A stretch of DNA of 64,000 bases from Bugula neritina (GCA_964035545.1 OZ037768.1:11006741-11070740), one strand, 5' to 3'; shown: positions 1-14,354, counted from the first letter of the stretch. Translations and numbers: made by a program. The notes: generated by a model not told the origin, from the letters alone.

Positions 1-917
1 AGCTTGACAATTGACCTAAGTTTAAACATATGCTACATGAACAAAATGTTACAAAATCTTTCCAAATTTATTAAAATATACAAGCACAATATTATTATAA
101 ACATTTAAATTCTCCATCTTTTTAGTTTCTAATTAATAAACATGCAGCATTTATCCCTGATAAACACATTATTTTGCAGTATTTGACTTGTTAACACAAA
201 CAGTATTTAAAGTTTATAGCCTTGATATATAATGGCAAACTAGATGGCATAAGAATCCCCTCCTGTAAAGTGGAACCTACAGCTAAACTCTAATAGCTCA
301 TTCACCAACAACTTGCAGAAGTTAATGGTGCACCATGCTATTCAATATTCAAACATCTTAATGAGGCATTAGCTGAACATTGTGAGTGTGATAATTTATA
401 TTAAAATAATGTTATTAGAGTGAGTCATAATTCAAGATGATAGCATATTTTTATTGGCTACTAAAAATAGGTTATTTTAATTTTTTTCCTATTCAATATT
501 TCAGTAAGCAGTTACCTCAAATCTTAATATCTACATCAGGGTAGTTTTATAGATATTTTTCACGAAGTATGTTAAAACAGTGTTTTAAACTTTAAACAAT
601 CCTAGTCATTAATATGTGTACCACAGCAGCTAATGAAGCAAAAGTTAGGAGCAATTAGTAATTAGTTCTTTAATACTGCAGACAAATTTGATAATTAATT
701 GGAAAACATGTGTGCACAAAATGTATTATAAAACTAATATGCTGGGGCCCACCACCATGAAATTCTATCTAGCTAATAGCTAAGATATTTCTGGATATTT
801 TAATACTGCATAGAGATAACAGTTTTGCTTCAATCATATGACCACAAATGAGATAAAATTTTGACTGACCATGTTTTTCAATATTGATGAGCATTAAAAT
901 TTATGAAGATTTTCCTC

Positions 918-1122
918 ATAGTTGGTAGTCGCACTTTTAGTTGGTAGTCACAGCCTTAGTTGGTAGTCAGACTCTTAGTTCATAGCCAGACTCTTAGTTT
1001 GTAGTCAGACTCTTAGTTCGTAGTTAGACTCTTAGTTGGTAGTCACACTTTTAGTTGGTAGTCACACTTTTAGTTGGTAGTCACACTTTTAGTTGGTAGT
1101 CAGACTCTTAGTTCGTAGTCAG
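918..1122. repeat. 19-bp minisatellite, about 11 copies (TTAGTTGGTAGTCACACTT), in a TDRD12 intron
   Basis: Direct tandem periodicity of 19 nt with variant units; begins about 25 bp inside the intron from the donor at 1149. Confidence 0.9.
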
Positions 1123-1149
1123 ATCACAATAGAAAGTCAGACTACTTAC

Positions 1150-4100
1150 CCGGAGGGCTCTTGCATGTAGCTTGGCATTTACCACACTGAAGACAGGCGT
1201 TACAGGTAAATCACTAAACAAGGTGATTTGTTTTTTCAGTGCATTTGCTTTCGATTGATCATAAGTTATGGCCTTCAGCTGCATACAAAAGTAAGAACAC
1301 CGTGTCAAACAACTAGCAAAAAGAAAGATCTTAGGAAATCTATTAAAAACTATATTCTTGGAACAAAGTGACTAGTGTCTAGTTTTACCATTGATTCTTC
1401 ATTTTTATAAGTGCTATCTTCAGAAACATCATCTTCTTTCAGTCTGTAATAGGATGTTCAAAGTTAGTATGGGTATCAACAATGAGCACGTAATTAAAGT
1501 CAACTATGATGAAGAGTACAGTGCAATTGTGGTCCATAAGTGAAATTAGAAGCATTAAAACCACTCAAACATGTATAATCATATGTATATATGAGAGGAT
1601 GACTCCTGGTATCCGAGTGCAAAGCTGCTTAACACACAGAACCGATACTTATGAAAACCAATGAGATGGTAAAACTAGAAACAAATATGACAAATTAGCA
1701 TTTATTTACCTCTGTAGACATACTAATAAATGCATAACATAAAACTTAGTAACTTGTATTGAGAAATTGAAATGAAGAGAGCATCATTTAACATGAACTG
1801 TAAAATCTTAAAATGAAGCAAAAGCTATGAAAAGTGGAAAAAATATCATATTTGCCTCCAGTAGGTTTTACATATTATTTAGGTCTAAACTAAAAACTTT
1901 GGATAGAAATCCTAAAATGACATCTCATTGTAGACATGACCCAAAATTCAGAGAAAGCTACACTGCAGAACTGGAGCTATATATATACATTATTTATTTT
2001 ATTATGTAATTGCAATTTTATTCTCACTGTTAACCTCTGATCTATGTCAACACACTACATAAAATATGATTCCACTCATCCAAAAGTTACTTAAATCAAA
2101 AGTTATTGAATTATACATTAACTTAATGGTAACAAAGCATTTAAAGTTTTTGCAAAAGGTTTTTTATTCATATTATATTGAGCACTTTCCATAGTATATG
2201 CAATCACAACATTATAAAGCAATGAGAATAAATGCACCAGGAAGCAGTACCTTTTTTCATAAACAAGAGACGTAGAGGACTGCTGACCTGGGGTCACATA
2301 AAGGTCATCGTCAGAGCTGGTGGACCTACCATCACCAAATCTGTCAACAGAACCATGTGGAATGTGACAACTCATTTCCAGGTATTCTACTTGATCAATA
2401 CTACTATGAAAACCTACACTGATAGCAAATATAAACTACTTTATTGGCTTATAAGAAACTATCATTAATTAAATTATAGTAAGCTTGTCCTTATAAAATT
2501 TATTGAAAAGTTTTAGTATGAAACTTTATTAAAGAATATAAGCTAAAACTTTATTTCTCGTCACTGAAAATAATTTTGCTTTTAAAAGTTGGATTGCAAA
2601 AACAATTGTTTACTCATTTTCTGAAGGTAGGATAATGATACTTCTAAGAGTAAATGTGGTTGAGCTTGTTATAAGATTTTAGCTTGATAATATATAGGTC
2701 TAGGAAATGTTTTGCTAATGAATCATTAACATATACACATATTTTCAGCCCTTTGCAAATATCTTGTTATGCAGATATTTTGAGCTAGAATTGTACTAAA
2801 AAGTTTGCTTTCACTATATTTACAAGTTTATTATATTCAAATTACACACAAGCATGACATTTCAAAAATGACAAATGGAAAACACCTATTTGGAAAACGG
2901 ACAAATCACCAATAGACAACTCGAAAATAGACAATTAGAAAATGGACAATTGACATTTGGAAAATGATGAATATTCAAAATGGCCTAGTCGAGGAGGGGG
3001 TGTTCAGCATCTGACCGAGTTTAAAATAGCTTATTGTAAATGTGGACAATTTTAAGTTGGAACTATTCAGTAAGTAATTCTACTTCCATGATAGCCTAAC
3101 TGATTTGTGCCTTGTATTCATTTTTGAAAGCTATTTTGAACCCGGCCAGATGCTGAATGTCCCCCCCCCCCCTCCCTCCAGACTAAGCCATTTTGAATAT
3201 TCTTCATTTTCCAAACGTCCATTTTCCAATTGTCATTTTCGAAATGTCACGGATTTGAGAATAGCAAAATGAATAAAGTTGTGTAAACTGGATATGCTCA
3301 CCTATTCAATGGTGGCTTTGCCATCAAGGAGCTGGGATCACACCCTTCAGTATCTATTTGAAAATAATGGTAAAATACAACACATTGTTGCATGTTGGTT
3401 TAAACTGAGCTGAGATATAGAAGCAGCATTGGTCTCGGTATCAATGACTAATGCCATAATGTCAAACAATTTCAAAGGTCACAAACAATTTAAACTAAAG
3501 GTTTAAAGTAAATTATCATTAAAAATTGATATATAATAATTTAGCAAAAATCTGTTCATGAACCAGGTTTGAGGTATGTAGGCGCAGTAATGGAGAAATT
3601 GAGAAAAGCCTGTATTCTAGATTAGAAATGTAGCAAAAGAAGTTATGTTCTCACAAAAATTTCAACCTGCGCCTCAAACAAAAATCTATCAAGAAATTTA
3701 AAGAACTTAAGCTATCTCAATTTCTCCATTACTGCACCTAAATGCCAGGTTTGCAGAAAGATAGAGGACATGCATCAAATAAAAAGAAACATAAAAACAA
3801 ACTTGACGTACAGAAAGTGGGGTTTGGGTAGGTGCTAGAGTCAGCTTGAGAGTGAGAGGATTCAACATTCCCATCAGAACTATTTAAATTTGGTCTCCGT
3901 GATTTCTGATATACTGTGGCATGTTGTTCACTGTCCCCTAAACCATTAGTTACAAACATGAATAAGTTAGTTAGCTGAGGATCAACTGATAACAACATGT
4001 ATATAATTGCATATAAGAACAACAGGATAAGATTGTTTACAGAAACTACTTTTTTGAGTAAATAGACATGGAGGTAGCAGCTTGTATGATACAGTAACAG

Positions 4101-7100
4101 CTTTTTCACAGTAATGACCCTCCTTAACATTTGGCCAACAAACAAATAGCAAACTACAGATGCTAAGGTAACAGGGTGGTTTGCTTGTTGATAAAAAATA
4201 AATTGTCTAAACTCTAAATAGAGAAGAGTAAAATCAAAGGGTTGATTAGTAGTCACTGGTGTTACATCTTCAACATTAATAAGGACCAGATAGTAAGCTC
4301 CTATGAATGCACACTAAACAATAAACAGTTCTAGGATCTGCCATTAAACAGGTGCACCTTGCACCTTGAATGAAAATAGGAAACAAGGGCCATAGCTAAG
4401 ACAATTTATTCAAGTAGTCAAATACAGACCATAAAAAGACATAGAATATGACAGATATATGACAGAATAGCATCAAACTACCCCGAAATCTGATTTTTAA
4501 CGTTTCTGAAATACATAGGTGTAATAGAATACAATTATCACATTTCTGCGCCGATAAAACTAACCATTGAAACTGTTGCTATGGTTACAATTTCGCTCAG
4601 CTTCAGAGGCTGAGAAAGAATCAACTAAATCCAAGCATTTGGAAGTTGAAGGTGAGCGACCAGTATCCACCGAGAGAGAAGGTGGTGGGCGTGGAGGAGA
4701 ACATTGTTGTGCTAGAACAGCAAACAAGCAGCATGCAGATAGATTTGCTCATAGAATAAAATAACAGGATTGTTGCGAGCTACTTCTACTTTGTTTACAT
4801 TTAAATTTGCTTCAGAGAAATTTGAACATTTATAAGGTAAGAAAATTTGTGATGAAGTAAAACTATTAATTGAAGATTTTCTCTATCGATTGAGATTAAT
4901 ATTTAACCAAATTTATATGTTAGCTAAGTAATTGCCCTAAAAATTCACATATTGCTATCTAATGAATCACATCACATTATGGTCTCTTCAAATATGCTTG
5001 ATTTCAAAATACTTAAGTCCAATTGAAGTAAAAGCAATTATTGCTCAATCAAAACTGAAGCAGCTGTAAAAACTAAACATCGCCTAATTGTAGTGGTGAG
5101 GTAACTCCTATTGCAAGCAAGAAAAACTTAAATAAAGTAAAGTAGAACAAAATTATATATCTTTCAGAGTGCTAACAGATTATGGTCTGTTTTTCAAATT
5201 GCAGAACTGCTAATCAAAGTGTTAGAAACATAGTAAACAAAGAATTACCAAGAGACTGAGTCTTTGGAAGGCGAAAACTTGACTGGGAGACATCATTGCC
5301 TATCACACTTGTGTTAGAGTCCCTCTCCAGTGCGACAAGTAAGGATCTACCCCTACCTTTAGGTGATTTGTCTTCAGCTTTTTGTCTAAAATATATCTCA
5401 ATATGCTAAATCAACTTCACACACATGTAAGCAATGATAATAGTCTTTTAACAATTTTCCCACAACCGTTGCTCCACTTAAACTCTAAATACTATTACAG
5501 TGTAAACGACAGAGAGCAGCTGTGGTCTACGGATTAGAGTGTTTGCCTAGGAGGCACAAAGCCATGGGTTCAAACCCCAGTAAAAGGCCATAGGTGATGT
5601 TAGGAAGAGCATCCAGTCATAAATGCTCCCATGCTCCATCTGAATAAGTCCTTAGCCCGATATAGCCAAACCTTTTCCATCAGAGGTTTTCTCACAGGGA
5701 TGGTGACTATAAACTTTCGTGAGTTTTATAACCAACAGGGTTGGAATAAATTACATATGAAAGTAAATAATTACAATTACATGAAAATTTGTCAATTACA
5801 ATTAGAACTAATGTAACTAATTACAATTACATGGTAATGTAATTAATCACAATTACTTTTCTTCTAACATGGGACAAATAGAAGTTATATATTCTCACTT
5901 CTGGGGTCCACCTACCCAGACACTTTTGACAGTGAAGAACCTCCTGTTCTCAACAATAATCCTATACTACATTCAATTAATCTGAACTTTTTATTAAACC
6001 TTAGGCATGGTAAGAATAATATGAATTTTACAAGAGTAAAAATTTTAAGTAATTAACATGTAATTATAAAGTAATTGTAAAAATCAATTACATTAGATAT
6101 GTAATTAATTATAATTACAATTTTATACATGAGTTACAAATTACATTCAATTACTTGAAAAATGTAATTAATTATAACCAATTATAAATTACAACTACAG
6201 ACCTATTATGCTATCAATATTCATATTACTTCCCTACAACAAATATATTGAATTGCTTTGACATTTATCAAATTTATTATTGGTTACATTTATTATATTA
6301 TTAAAATTGTGGTTATATCATTCATTGTACTATTATTTTAATCATTCGTTATTATAACTTGCTTATTGTTATTTTAAAAATCCTAAATATGTGAAGCCCT
6401 CAAAATGGTATACATTTTTGCTAACATACATATGTATTATTTTTAAAAAAATTTATTAGAGTAGAGAAAATGTAAAAACTAAAATGACAGCTTAAAAATG
6501 GCACAATCTAAAAGGAACCCTTTAACCATTGGTGTTATAGAGGGATATATAAACAAAAGGTATTCTATATGTCAGATAAAACTACCCCAAGAGTAGTGAT
6601 TAAAGAGCCATTACATAAAATTACCATTTTTCAACAATATAATAATTATCTAAACCAAAACTTCATTCCACAAACTATGATAAATTACTAGAGTAAACAT
6701 CCAGTTATATATTTGCTAGAACTACACAGTAAATTTCAATACTATATTGCTTTTGTTTACTAATTTATATTAGCATTAAATAAACGACTAAAACTTTTTT
6801 TAACAGATTAAAGGAAGAAGGGTATAATGACAGTAAAGTGCAAGCATTTGAAAATGTAAAATACAATGAAGATCATGCTGAGAAAGTCATTGACAGATTG
6901 AGTCAATTCCGTGAGTGTAGTCGTGGAAACAGAACAATAATTTTAAAGAGCAAATTATCCTGTATTAAAAATATTAATGAGTGTTAAAATTTCAAATAGA
7001 TTATTGCATAGCAACTTTTTCAAACGCAATCATCATGCTATGAAGCAAAAATATGTTCAATATAGTTATATCAAAATAAACAACCTATTGACAGATGATA

Positions 7101-10100
7101 CGATAATGGCAGAGAAACCAGTGAAAACAGCACTGAAGGAGTACATGCGCTGGTTGTCATATAGCCTAGCAGAGCAGGAAGCAATGGAAAGATTTGAAGA
7201 AGTTATGGATGACATTTTTGAGAACCATGTTGTAGAATGGGGTCGGATATTTAAGGTAAAGCAAATCCAAATAGCATTGTAAGCAGACTGAGTTAAAAAA
7301 AGGTGTCTCGTGGAATCAAAAAGCTATACAATTACTAGATTGTTGCATTGTAAACATTTACTTGCTCCCAAGTTAATGAAGGAGATCATGAGCAGACAAT
7401 TAACAATGTATGACCAATTTAATAGCTGCAATTTTGAGATAACACAAAATTTATATAAAAAATTTGAAAAATTTAAACTTTCAATCCCAGTAATGTGGAT
7501 ACAGGTTTATAAATAACTAAAAAGAAACTCATTACTCACTTATACAGACAATTACACACACTAAACAAATGTATGGTGTTTGTGAACATTAGCTTTTCTT
7601 TGATAAATATTCAAAAAGTTTTTAAAATTTTGCAGTATTTAAAGCAAAAGTGGAATATAACAAAATGGGGTTGGTGCAGATAGTTTGTGAAAGATTACTA
7701 AAAAGTATCTTCTTCAAAACATGGATGTCACTTTTAAATAAACAGGTTTAAAATTCTGATTCACCATAAATTATATTAATCAATACTGGGATTCAACAGA
7801 ATTTGTGAAAACAGTTTTGAAACTTGCACATTAATAAATCAACCAAAAAGACAAACACTTTACATCATAACTGCTACATTCATTGCAATATCGTGTATCT
7901 ACAGGCAGTGATACTAACAAGCATGCTGTCTGTAAAGGCCATGAAACACAAATTACCAGGCAGAGTCATCAACTACAAGAAGTGGTTTGTAGACTACTTC
8001 AACAAGGGAGTCAATCATTTCATATCTCATGAGGGGGGCTGGCTACCCAACACTCTCTCCAATGTCAGGCAGCAAATGTCAACAACCAGCTGGCAGCCAA
8101 GCAAAATAACTATCAACCGCCAGAACTCAACAACAAACTGAGAAATCCAACTTTATAACAGGAAATATTACTTACAACCATAATACAACAAAAATAGAGT
8201 AAAATCCGGTGATATGTAATTTTCAGATAGTCATATAACAATAAAGTATGTTTAAAAATTGAATTTTTGGCCTGCTTTTAGTTATTGTTTGATACTAAAT
8301 AACTAAATTTTATCATTCACTACAAAATCTGGGTGTGGATTAGTAAAAAGGACCATTGTAATCACACATCCAAAAGTAGGAGTTGCCGATGACATGACGT
8401 TATCTGATCAAAATTTAGGGATATACAATTACTATGGCAAACAGCTGCAAGTTTACATGCAGAGAAAAACCATAAATATGTTAACAATAATGTGTTAGTA
8501 ATAGGGTAATTCCATGCAAACTCAAATTTTTTCGAGACTCTAATATTGGCATGGAATGACCCAATAATACAGTCAGCTGGGAGCAATAAAGCAGTTACTA
8601 AAACCAATACATTACACCAAACCTCTGATGTTTAGGTGACTTCTCATGAGAAGGAAGTTCCTCCCTGTTCCCTGACATCACATCTCCATAATGGTGCAGA
8701 CTGAGCGGCTCAGAACGGTGATGGAGTCTGAAGTCAGCATTCTCTTCCATACATTTCTCCAGTTCTAAAGATTCCTCAAATGTGAGAAATTTCCGTGGCT
8801 GTTTTGATTCTAAAGCATATCAGTTTTATAAATCAAACAATTTATCAATTCAGTTATATTATTCGTTTAAAAGGCGTTTATACCTTCACGATTTTCAGTC
8901 AAAAATTCAATTTGGCTGAGTTGAAAATTACACCAGTTGCATTGTCATTTGTCAAAATTTTTGTCTTGTGATAACTTAATCGGGCGATTTCCGAGTAATA
9001 ATCAAAGGGAATGGTAAATCCTTGTAAATGTCCGTCTTTAAAACTATAAAGGGGTACTTGGGCAGTGAAATTAACTGAAACTAGGTCCTTTTTTCAGCAA
9101 GGCATAAACGCACCTTAATTTTCATGGTTATGAGTCACAGTGTTTAGAGAGTGAAGAAGAGTTTTCTTTTTAAAAATTAGTTCTCATGAACTGGTGTCTT
9201 TTGAAGTCTCCATCACTGAGAGAACCCTGATTACAAAGGTTTTCAAGCAGCCAAGAACTGCACCTCCTACCATGCTGGGAACATAGTTTGAGGGCTTGTA
9301 CTGTAGCAGAGAGCAATTATGATTGGTTGCTCTTCCTGGCATCACCAATGACATGAACTCAAAGCCATGGCTAGTGTCACACTAGACCAGTGCTCTAAAC
9401 ACTAAGCCATAGCTGCCTCAATACAAAAAACAGCTTATATGAAAATATGAAGCAAACTACATATTCTAGTCTTACCCATTTCTTTAGCTCCAACAGCCAA
9501 CTGTTTAGTGATGAGATGATCGTTAACACACAAATCACCAACATACATGGTGACATTGTGAGCTGATCCAGGCATATACTTGACATGAACATTGGGTTTG
9601 CCTACAACAAGTAACATGCCAAAGTCTGGAGGAACGCAGGTTAATGAATATAAATGATGCAACACTGCAAGTTGAGTCTAGTGTAACAGACTGAAGCCTG
9701 AGAAGTTATAGTAGAGCTTAACTTTTTGAAGCTTCCCCAAATATAACTTCAAGTGATTTATAAACAGAACCTACCAGTAATTAGCGTCTTGAGATGCTGG
9801 GTAGCAGCTGGAGTCCACGTCTTACATTCTCTGCAGCAGTAAAAATGATATTACAATAATTTTAATTGTCTGTTGAACATTTATTTGTTTCAGTAAACTT
9901 TTCTAATTTCAAAATATTAAACCAGAGACATAACTAGAAAATATTTTAGAGGTCATTGCATTTTTATCTCAAAAATTTTCTTCCAGTATTGTGTTAATGT
10001 TATACTGAAGTGTGACATAATGTTATTCATGGTATACTAGCTAGTTAGTATTTGTTAGTTGATGCTCACGATGATAAATGTTAGCTACATAATTATGCAA

Positions 10101-12952
10101 GAATTTTTAAAAGAAGCAAAATGATAGACAGTGCAGTGGAAAACTGAATTTCAACACAATATAGGTTGTCATGAACATATTAGATACTATAATACACCAA
10201 TATACACCTGCAGGCACTAGTACATACCAGTATATATCAGCAGGCACCAGCATACATCAGTTCATGTATACCAGTATATATCAGTGCACAACAGCAAGCA
10301 TAGATTTCATATTATACAATCACCCCAAGTATGAGTTAAACACCATGCAATTTGACTTAATCACTGAATAATCCTCCACCTCTTAATTAACTATTTTCAG
10401 TAGAGCCAATAAACATTTCCATTGTTGGGATATTTTAAATAAAACACATTTACTATTTAATTTCCTAAACTGACAGAATGTAAGGTATGATTGACCGTCA
10501 GCTAATATTCTAGAATACAACTAGTGTAAAATAAAATACTGTAAAATAAAAGATCTAATGAAATAATTGAAACTAAAAATTAAATCTATTAAAACATGAA
10601 ACTAAAATGACGTAATGTCTATTTCCATGAACATCATTTTTGACAGCAAATCTCTACGGTAGACAGAAAGTACGGCTTCAACACACACCTTATATCTGAG
10701 ATAAAAGTCTCAATATCTGTGTACATAGAAGCAGGTAATATATTAGCCAGGCATACTGATTTCACTTGTGCAGGAAGCTCAAAGTAACGCGAGTGTACCA
10801 GTTTCAGACTATAACAGACACAAGCATAGAATATATAAAAGCTGAAATTAAAAAGCATTTATAGATTATCCTGCTTGTTTGAGGTAACACTTTTAATGAG
10901 CCTGTGGTTACAAAAGGTAATGAACAGATAAAATTCTAATTACTAGCTAATAGCAACAACAGGAACAAAGCCAAACAACCCAAGGGCTTCAGCAATCATT
11001 AAGCTAAACCAATTTTCTGAGAATTTCAATTTGGCACTTGAGAAAATTATACGGGCAGTATATATCTAATAAGAAATATTATTGCCAGATTCTTAGATAT
11101 GAAAAACTTGCCACAGTAAGCAGTAGCCTATGAAATATCATGAAAAACAATAATTGAGTGACTTCCGTTAGCAATCGAAGGAAGATACTTACCAACGCCT
11201 ATCTACAGTGAGCTTTTCCCCATAATCTATCAAATTGCATCTGAAATATTAAAACATAGTTTACTTCACACTGATTTGATATTATAAACTGGCAGCAAGA
11301 TAGGAGAAATGGTCTTACACCCCATTCTAGTATATAAAAAATATATAAACTATAATAATATATATAAATATTATATACAAACTAGAATATGGGTGCACAG
11401 ACAAGCAGCAAAAACACATACTTTTATGCATTGTCACACATATATGCTATATCATTAAAATTTCCTAAAATCTTTTTTCAAGAGTTACGATCATTCACAT
11501 GAGGTTCACTTTGGAATAGAAACCAATATAGGACTAGGAACAGCAAATCATCAAAGGCAGTAGTGAGTCTTCCATAATCCAATATTGAACATTCGCTCCG
11601 TTTATTGAATAACATCATTATTTAATTGACAAAATATTCTCTTTGCAAGGAGAGCTATCATCTCACATTACTCTGCATTTGGTGGCTCCAGCTAATACAT
11701 CTTCCGCCAAAACCCGGCACCACTGGTTTCCCCTGGCAGCTATTCTCGCAACATAGTGCTAAAGAACGTAACAGAGTTACAAGTATAACTAGCAGCAGCT
11801 CATTATAAGATACAAAATAAGATGCAACAAAAATAGATTAACATGCTGTATTCAGTAGAAGCTTGGATATGTCCTTTAAAATGTTGCACAATGCAGTATT
11901 TGTCGTATTGCTGTTAGCATTACCACCTGATATACACTACATTGAGTGAATAAGTTTCAACTGCATTGCATAGATATCACTTGACATTTCTTTAATACTT
12001 TTAGCATCACCAAAGTATAAACTCAATATAAACAGATCATCACATATAAATTACTCTTCAACTGTAACCCTAAGTTCTACTTGAAGGTCTTCTGCCACTA
12101 TACAGCTTAAGATCCAGTGAATTAATGTAAAGATATAATATGCAGCAGACAAACAAATCTCCTTTACAAAAGAGCAAAGGTGTCACATGAACACATTATC
12201 TCAAATTGAATTATTATTTTAGAGAGCACACAACTCTAAAAATATATATTTAGGATGTACACAACTAATAGATTTCAAGCATGTTAAGGATACCCAACAA
12301 TCTTACTGCAATGATTAGCTTTTTACAACCAGCTAATAAACACATTCATGTTGCTTCAAAGACATTCCTAGCTTACAATATCTTTAGGGAACAAATCAAA
12401 ATAGCGTAAATAAAAGATAACAATATGAAACCCAATGTGAAGATTTAGTGAGACTGATACTTCTCATAACATTAGGAAAGTTAAAAATTATTGCACAGCC
12501 TTGCATGAAATTGACCCATCAAAGCAGCTGGTTATTGCAATGCTACATGAAACTATCCATCAAACGTTAAATACAATGCTGAGAAAAAAGTTCTGAAAGC
12601 TAACCTGTCCAATTTCAACATCGAAGGGAACCCAATGAGTATCGATATTGCTGAACATTGCAGATAACTCAAAGTTGAGTTTGTCAAAATCTGTAAACTC
12701 TTGGCTGGACTTAACTCGCTTCACAGAGATATCTGCAGGACTAATAACCTGTGAATATGTAATAAACACAAAATAAGGCTATAGATGAAGAAAAAAACAT
12801 TGAAAGCTAGTAAATTGGCTAAAGATGATTTATAAACTAATGATTGAATAAATTATATGCAGTGCAGGAATAGCTAAAATTACACAAATACAACCATTTA
12901 TACTTAATCGTACCTCCAGAACTTCCACATTTTCTGCTGATAGGGAAGCCAT
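1150..12952 (-). CDS. TDRD12: Tudor domain-containing protein 12 (piRNA pathway), 5' part; gene continues off the left edge
   Basis: Phase-consistent GT-AG exons at 12952-12914, 12748-12605, 11758-11667, 11240-11193, 10808-10689, 9830-9775, 9601-9476, 8764-8623, 5385-5357 and 4711-4565, then less certain low-complexity exons (~3937-3804, ~3356-3302, ~2415-2252, ~1443-1390, 1278-1150). Translation MASLSAENVEVLEVISP...QWCRVLAE...CNLIDYGE...YFELPAQVKSVCLANILPASMYTD...KTWTPAATQHLKTL...LCVNDHLITKQLA is an extended Tudor domain resembling the TDRD12 N-terminus as remembered (WCRA, FMQLP, KKWDNAA, VCVNDDLV). The helicase region is not in the window. Confidence 0.8.
2853..3251. mobile_element. Foldback/MITE-like element with long imperfect terminal inverted repeats
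   Basis: 2853-3030 (catgacatttcaaaaatgac...aatattcaaaatggcctagtc...ttcagcatctg) is the reverse complement of 3128-3251 (cagatgctgaa...gactaagccattttgaatatt...gtcattttcgaaatgtcacg). No ORF. Confidence 0.75.
3581..3738. mobile_element. Short MITE with ~28-bp TIRs, flanked by TA
   Basis: TA|ggcgcagtaatggagaaattgagaaaagc ... gctatctcaatttctccattactgcacc|TA. Confidence 0.7.
5514..5730 (+). mobile_element. tRNA-derived SINE, near full-length copy
   Basis: Pol III A box (TGGTCTACGG 5523-5532) and B box (GGTTCAAACC 5567-5576). The body (aggaagagcatccagtcataaatgctcc...ttccatcagaggttttctcac) recurs inverted at 15903-16052, ~34975-35050 and ~52290-52400. Confidence 0.7.
5736..6205 (+). mobile_element. 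hAT-type MITE with AATTAC subterminal repeats, degenerate copy
   Basis: Begins CAGGGTTGG; internal sequence matches the copies at 62476-62953 and 62996-63477. Confidence 0.8.
6498..8141 (+). CDS. Bcl-2 family protein (BH4-BH3-BH1-BH2, ~187 aa, no TM tail), nested antisense in TDRD12 intron 5386-8622
   Basis: Exons 6498-6559, 6807-6910, 7095-7255 and 7905-8141 join in frame (564 nt). BH4-like VIEGYINKRLKEEGY; BH3-like VIDRLSQFHD; BH1 FEEVMDDIFENHVVEWGRIF; BH2 FISHEGGW. AATAAA at 8240. Confidence 0.85.
8871..9114. mobile_element. Non-autonomous TIR element flanked by TTAA (Kolobok-like)
   Basis: TTAA|aaggcgtttatacctt ... aaggcataaacgcacc|TTAA; imperfect TIR of about 16 bp. Confidence 0.5.
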
Positions 12953-14354
12953 CTTCTCAACTATACTAACAGTGTAAAGTCTAAGAAAGAATGGGCAATA
13001 TTCTTTGAACTGGAGTAGATATCAGCATTAATTTTCTAAAATTGTAAAAACTCCAAATAAACAAGGAATTAGATAATTATGTATATAACAATGATTTTAA
13101 ACAACTTGTCAAAAACAGCTCAATTTTTGTTGCTAGAGCACTAAGGTACGAGCAAAAACTTTCTTGTAAAAAATAATAAAGGAGAGGACATTACTGGTTA
13201 AATAGGACATATTTAGAAATGTGCGCAACGTCAAAGGATCTTTGCAGATCTCTGGTACAAAGACTAATACAATATAAACAGCTAACAATACCAACAGCAA
13301 CAAAAATGTAGCAGATGTTATAATTTTTGTTGCTTACAGCTAAAAACCAAGACTAAAGAATAATACTTAATCAGTGATAATATCAAGAGCTAAGTAAGCT
13401 ATAAGTTAATATATAATAATGTGCTAGTGGCTAAAAATGCAACGCCAGTTAAGAAAAATTAGAATTGATAATGCATACAAATATTTAGGTGTAACTTTAA
13501 AATAATATAGGCGATGTCAATTTGAAATTGAGTTACTGACGTTCACTACTACGATAATTGCAAAATTACGATTTAATATTATATCCTACGATTAATTCTA
13601 GTATATTGTCACCAGTCACAGGTGTTTGGTATTTATGTAAACATTTATTTGTAATGTTATTTTATTAACTTACTATTTTTGTGCATAACCATAATAATCA
13701 ATTGTTTCACTTATTTTGTAATAATTTTAGTATTCTATTGTATTATATATTGTGGTAATAAAACACGGCTTCGGCCTCTTCCGTCAATCAACTAATGTGC
13801 ATGACAGACTACAGTCGAAACTGAACCGTGAACGCGCACACCTTCAACGTCACTTCCTACTTTTTGCTGTTCACGCTACAAACACTGAACGCCAACTGTC
13901 GCTAGTCCCCACCCCCTCAGCAAACTTTTAGGTATTATTTTGAAATTGGCCGATTAAGTTATCACAATAAAAAAAGTGATGCATCTTGGAGAAATTTCAA
14001 CTCCGCCAAATTGCATTTCTGACTGAAAATCTTGAAGGTATAAACGCAACTTCATACTTTGACTCACCCAACTACCAACAACTACCAGAACACATCTTTC
14101 ACATTGACTCTCCTGTTTGTGATGACTTGATTAATGACATTAGGACTGCTACTGCACAAGACAATGAACGTATGACACTGACAAACCTTATTAAACGTGA
14201 CTGGAAAACTCAAAACTGCACAACTTTCGGGATGAACTATCTATTGACAATGGCATTGTTTACAACACACTAAGAGCCATTATCCAAAAGGCACTCCAGA
14301 GAAAGTTTCTTCAACTACTTCACACTGGCCAAAATGGGATAAACTTCACACTAA

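Noticed and set aside
236-390. Further TDRD12 exons near the left edge
   Set aside because: Candidate splice sites did not yield a stop-free, recognisable helicase Q-motif sequence.
5521-5585. Functional tRNA gene
   Set aside because: A and B boxes are present but there is no convincing cloverleaf, and the sequence runs into a repeated SINE body.
10190-10300. Degenerate TATACACCAG-like repeat and ORF 10171-10371
   Set aside because: Too decayed to define a unit; intronic, with no coding evidence.
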